Below are positions 61,800-64,000 of a DNA stretch of 64,000 nt, in pieces. The DNA lies in assembly GCF_030144855.1 (NCBI RefSeq), contig NC_082717.1, positions 5,394,001-5,458,000 on the forward strand. Reading direction: 5' to 3'. A program made the translations under genes and the position numbers. The number at the start of each line of letters is the position of its first letter. Position 1 is the first letter of the stretch. Below the pieces are notes generated by a model. The model saw only the letters and a program-made list of their open reading frames with translations. It did no database searches and was not told the origin of the DNA. Source of the DNA: Hypanus sabinus. Taxonomy: Eukaryota.

Positions 61800-64000
61800 G
61801 CACTCATGGGGTGAAGTTGGATCTGGCTTCTCTCCATTACCATTACTTTTCTTAACCCAGGATTACTCTTATATAACCCACTTTTAGCTACACTAGAAGA
61901 CCCTTAGTTTTAATTTTCTCTGGGACTTTGAGAACTTTTGAAGAATCGTGCACAGAATCGAATATGATGACTACTAAAGGGGCTGATTCCAAAAATGGGA
62001 AAGATTCTAACAGAAACAGTAAAAAGAAAAGAGGTGAACTTAAGCAACCTGAATTAACTTACGAGACAAAGTTGGATCTGTTGAACTACAAAAAAAATAT
62101 TAAAGAAGATCTTAAGGTACTTCAGGATTCTCTGGCTGCGCTCGACCATGAAGCTAAACAACAACAAACTGATATTATAGAACTACGGGACGACGCTCGG
62201 AAGAAAGATCAAAAAACCAATTCTTTGTAACAAACTCTGTCTTTGACAGTTAAACAGTTGGAGGGTTGCAAATCTAAGATCATCGATCTTGAAAATCAAT
62301 CCAGAAGACAGAATCTATGTATAATTGGACTTCCCAAAGATATTGAGAAAGGAGATCCGGTAACATTCTTTTCTCAAATTTTAAAAGATGCTTTTACCTC
62401 TGTATTTCCAAATGGGCCTCCATTGATTGAAAGGGCATATCACTCTCTTCCCCGACATTTGAGCTCTGGGGCCAAACTGAGAGCAGTAATTGTCCGGTTC
62501 CATTACGTCCATGTTAAAGAATATGTTCTCCAAGGTGCTCGGCAGCGAGGTATGATCCACTATATAAATTACCAGTTCCGTCTTGTGCAAGATTACAGCC
62601 CAGAAGTAATGAAGACACGAATTACATTTAAACCTCTGATGTCAGAATATTATGAAAAGGGATCCAAACCAACGCTACTCTATAAGGCGTGGCTTAGAAT
62701 CACAACTACTGATGGGCATTGCCATGTCTTCCTCACTACACCGCCACTCAAAGCTTTTTGCATGAACATGTATCAGTATCAGTCATTCAATTTTAATTAA
62801 TCTATGGTAATGTAGTTCTGGTTCTGTGCTTGTGTGCCTTTCTATTTTTTTTAAAAAAAGAAAAGTTTATAAGTTCTCTATAAAGTTTGATCTTTATAAA
62901 CTAGAGTAGTGATATTTTACTTTTTAATTTACAGTTTTTTTTAATTGAAATACTTATTTTTTACATTTCTCCCTTTAAATTTCATAATTTTTTGTTTAAT
63001 CTTTTTGATTTTTTGTCATTTTTATTAATGGTTCGAAGGGGATTTTTTTTAGAGGAATATCTTCGTCCTCTTTTAGCTTTGTATAATTAAGATGGCGGTT
63101 CGTTGTTCTGATTCCATATTCTTGCTCTTCCATTCTGCCTTTTTTTTCTCTTTTTATACTTTCCTTCCCAGAATGCCTTTGGTTCTTTTTTTTTTTGAAA
63201 TGCTATTTTTAATTCCTTGTGTCTTGGTTTTTGAATTATAATACACGTGGACGTTTATTTTTTTCTGTTTTTAAAAATCATTTTATGATGGTTGTTATAT
63301 TTTAGTCTTTTTTTGGGATTTTGGGTGGTCCTTATTTCAACATATTTTTTTGGATTTGCCTTCTGGAGAAATAGGGGTAGAATTAGTATCATTTCTTGTT
63401 TTAGCCTTCTTGAGGCTTAGTCTGGGAACTTTCTGGGTGGAGAATGAGTTTTCTTTTAGTTTTCTTTTTTGGGCTGATTTAGAATTGCAAAGATGTATAC
63501 AGTGCCGTCACCCTTGGTTCCTCCCAGAGCTTTTGTTCCTTTTCTGGGTTCAGGAATTTGAATTATGCTTAACTCTTTATAAACCAAAGGGTTGATCTTA
63601 TATAATTATGGCTCTGAATATTAATTTTGTCTCTTGGAATACAAATGGTTTAAACCATTCACTTAAACAAAAGAAGATTTTTAAAGTATTCCAAAGACTA
63701 AATGCTCATAATATTTTTATACAAGAAACTCATGTAAGGAAAGAGCATTTTATTTAGGTTTTGGAAGGGATTTCCGTTTCACTCGAATTGTCAGGCTAAA
63801 GTAAGAGGTGTGCCAATTTTTATTGATCCCTCAATTAGATTTGTTCATCGTGATACTATTTCCAACCCAAATGGTGGATTTTTATTTATTACTGGGTTAC
63901 TTTTTAATAAAAAAGTGCTTATGGTCAATGTTTGTGCTCCGAATGTGGATTACCCCAATTTTTTTAAAGAATTGATTTACTGCTTTTCCTGATCTTAATG
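61800..64000 (+). mobile_element. L1-clade LINE 5' part: ORF1 (ATG 61964, nonsense at 62228, ends 62800), ~800-bp spacer, ORF2 endonuclease from 63608
   Basis: ORF1 coiled coil plus RRQNLCIIGLP...IERAYH...RAVIVRF...QDYS; ORF2 MALNINFVSWNTNGLN...IFIQETH...NVCAPN. Confidence 0.9.

Noticed and set aside
1-64000. Prokaryotic features (CRISPR arrays, operons, rRNA/tRNA genes)
   Set aside because: None seen. Repeats lack unique spacers, and the tRNA-like boxes belong to SINE heads.

Overview
This is eukaryotic, repeat-rich vertebrate DNA, most likely a cartilaginous fish (inferred from the CR1 + Penelope + Rex1/Babar + L1 landscape; not verified). Most of the window is decayed retroelement and transposon sequence, and nearly all ORF-track entries are repeat fragments. 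Hidden among them is a spliced immune-receptor locus. On the minus strand, hand-parsed GT-AG exons form one open frame: three antigen-receptor-like Ig V exons with germline-joined J-like ends (43815-43471, ~41833-41486, 35684-35343), an uncharged TM exon (34277-34158), a YENV exon (34018-33945), and a complete ITAM split over two exons (32754-32710, 32619-32569; YMAL-x7-YGHL). On the plus strand, a terminal exon at 16141-16257 encodes an ITIM-like plus ITSM tail (MFYADI...TEYAVV), converging on the ITAM gene. This suggests a paired activating/inhibitory family of non-rearranging VJ receptors, with the activating member carrying its own ITAM. No leader exon for the minus gene and no upstream exons for the plus gene were found. 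Repeat boundaries are approximate, family names come from motif recognition, and no database search was run.
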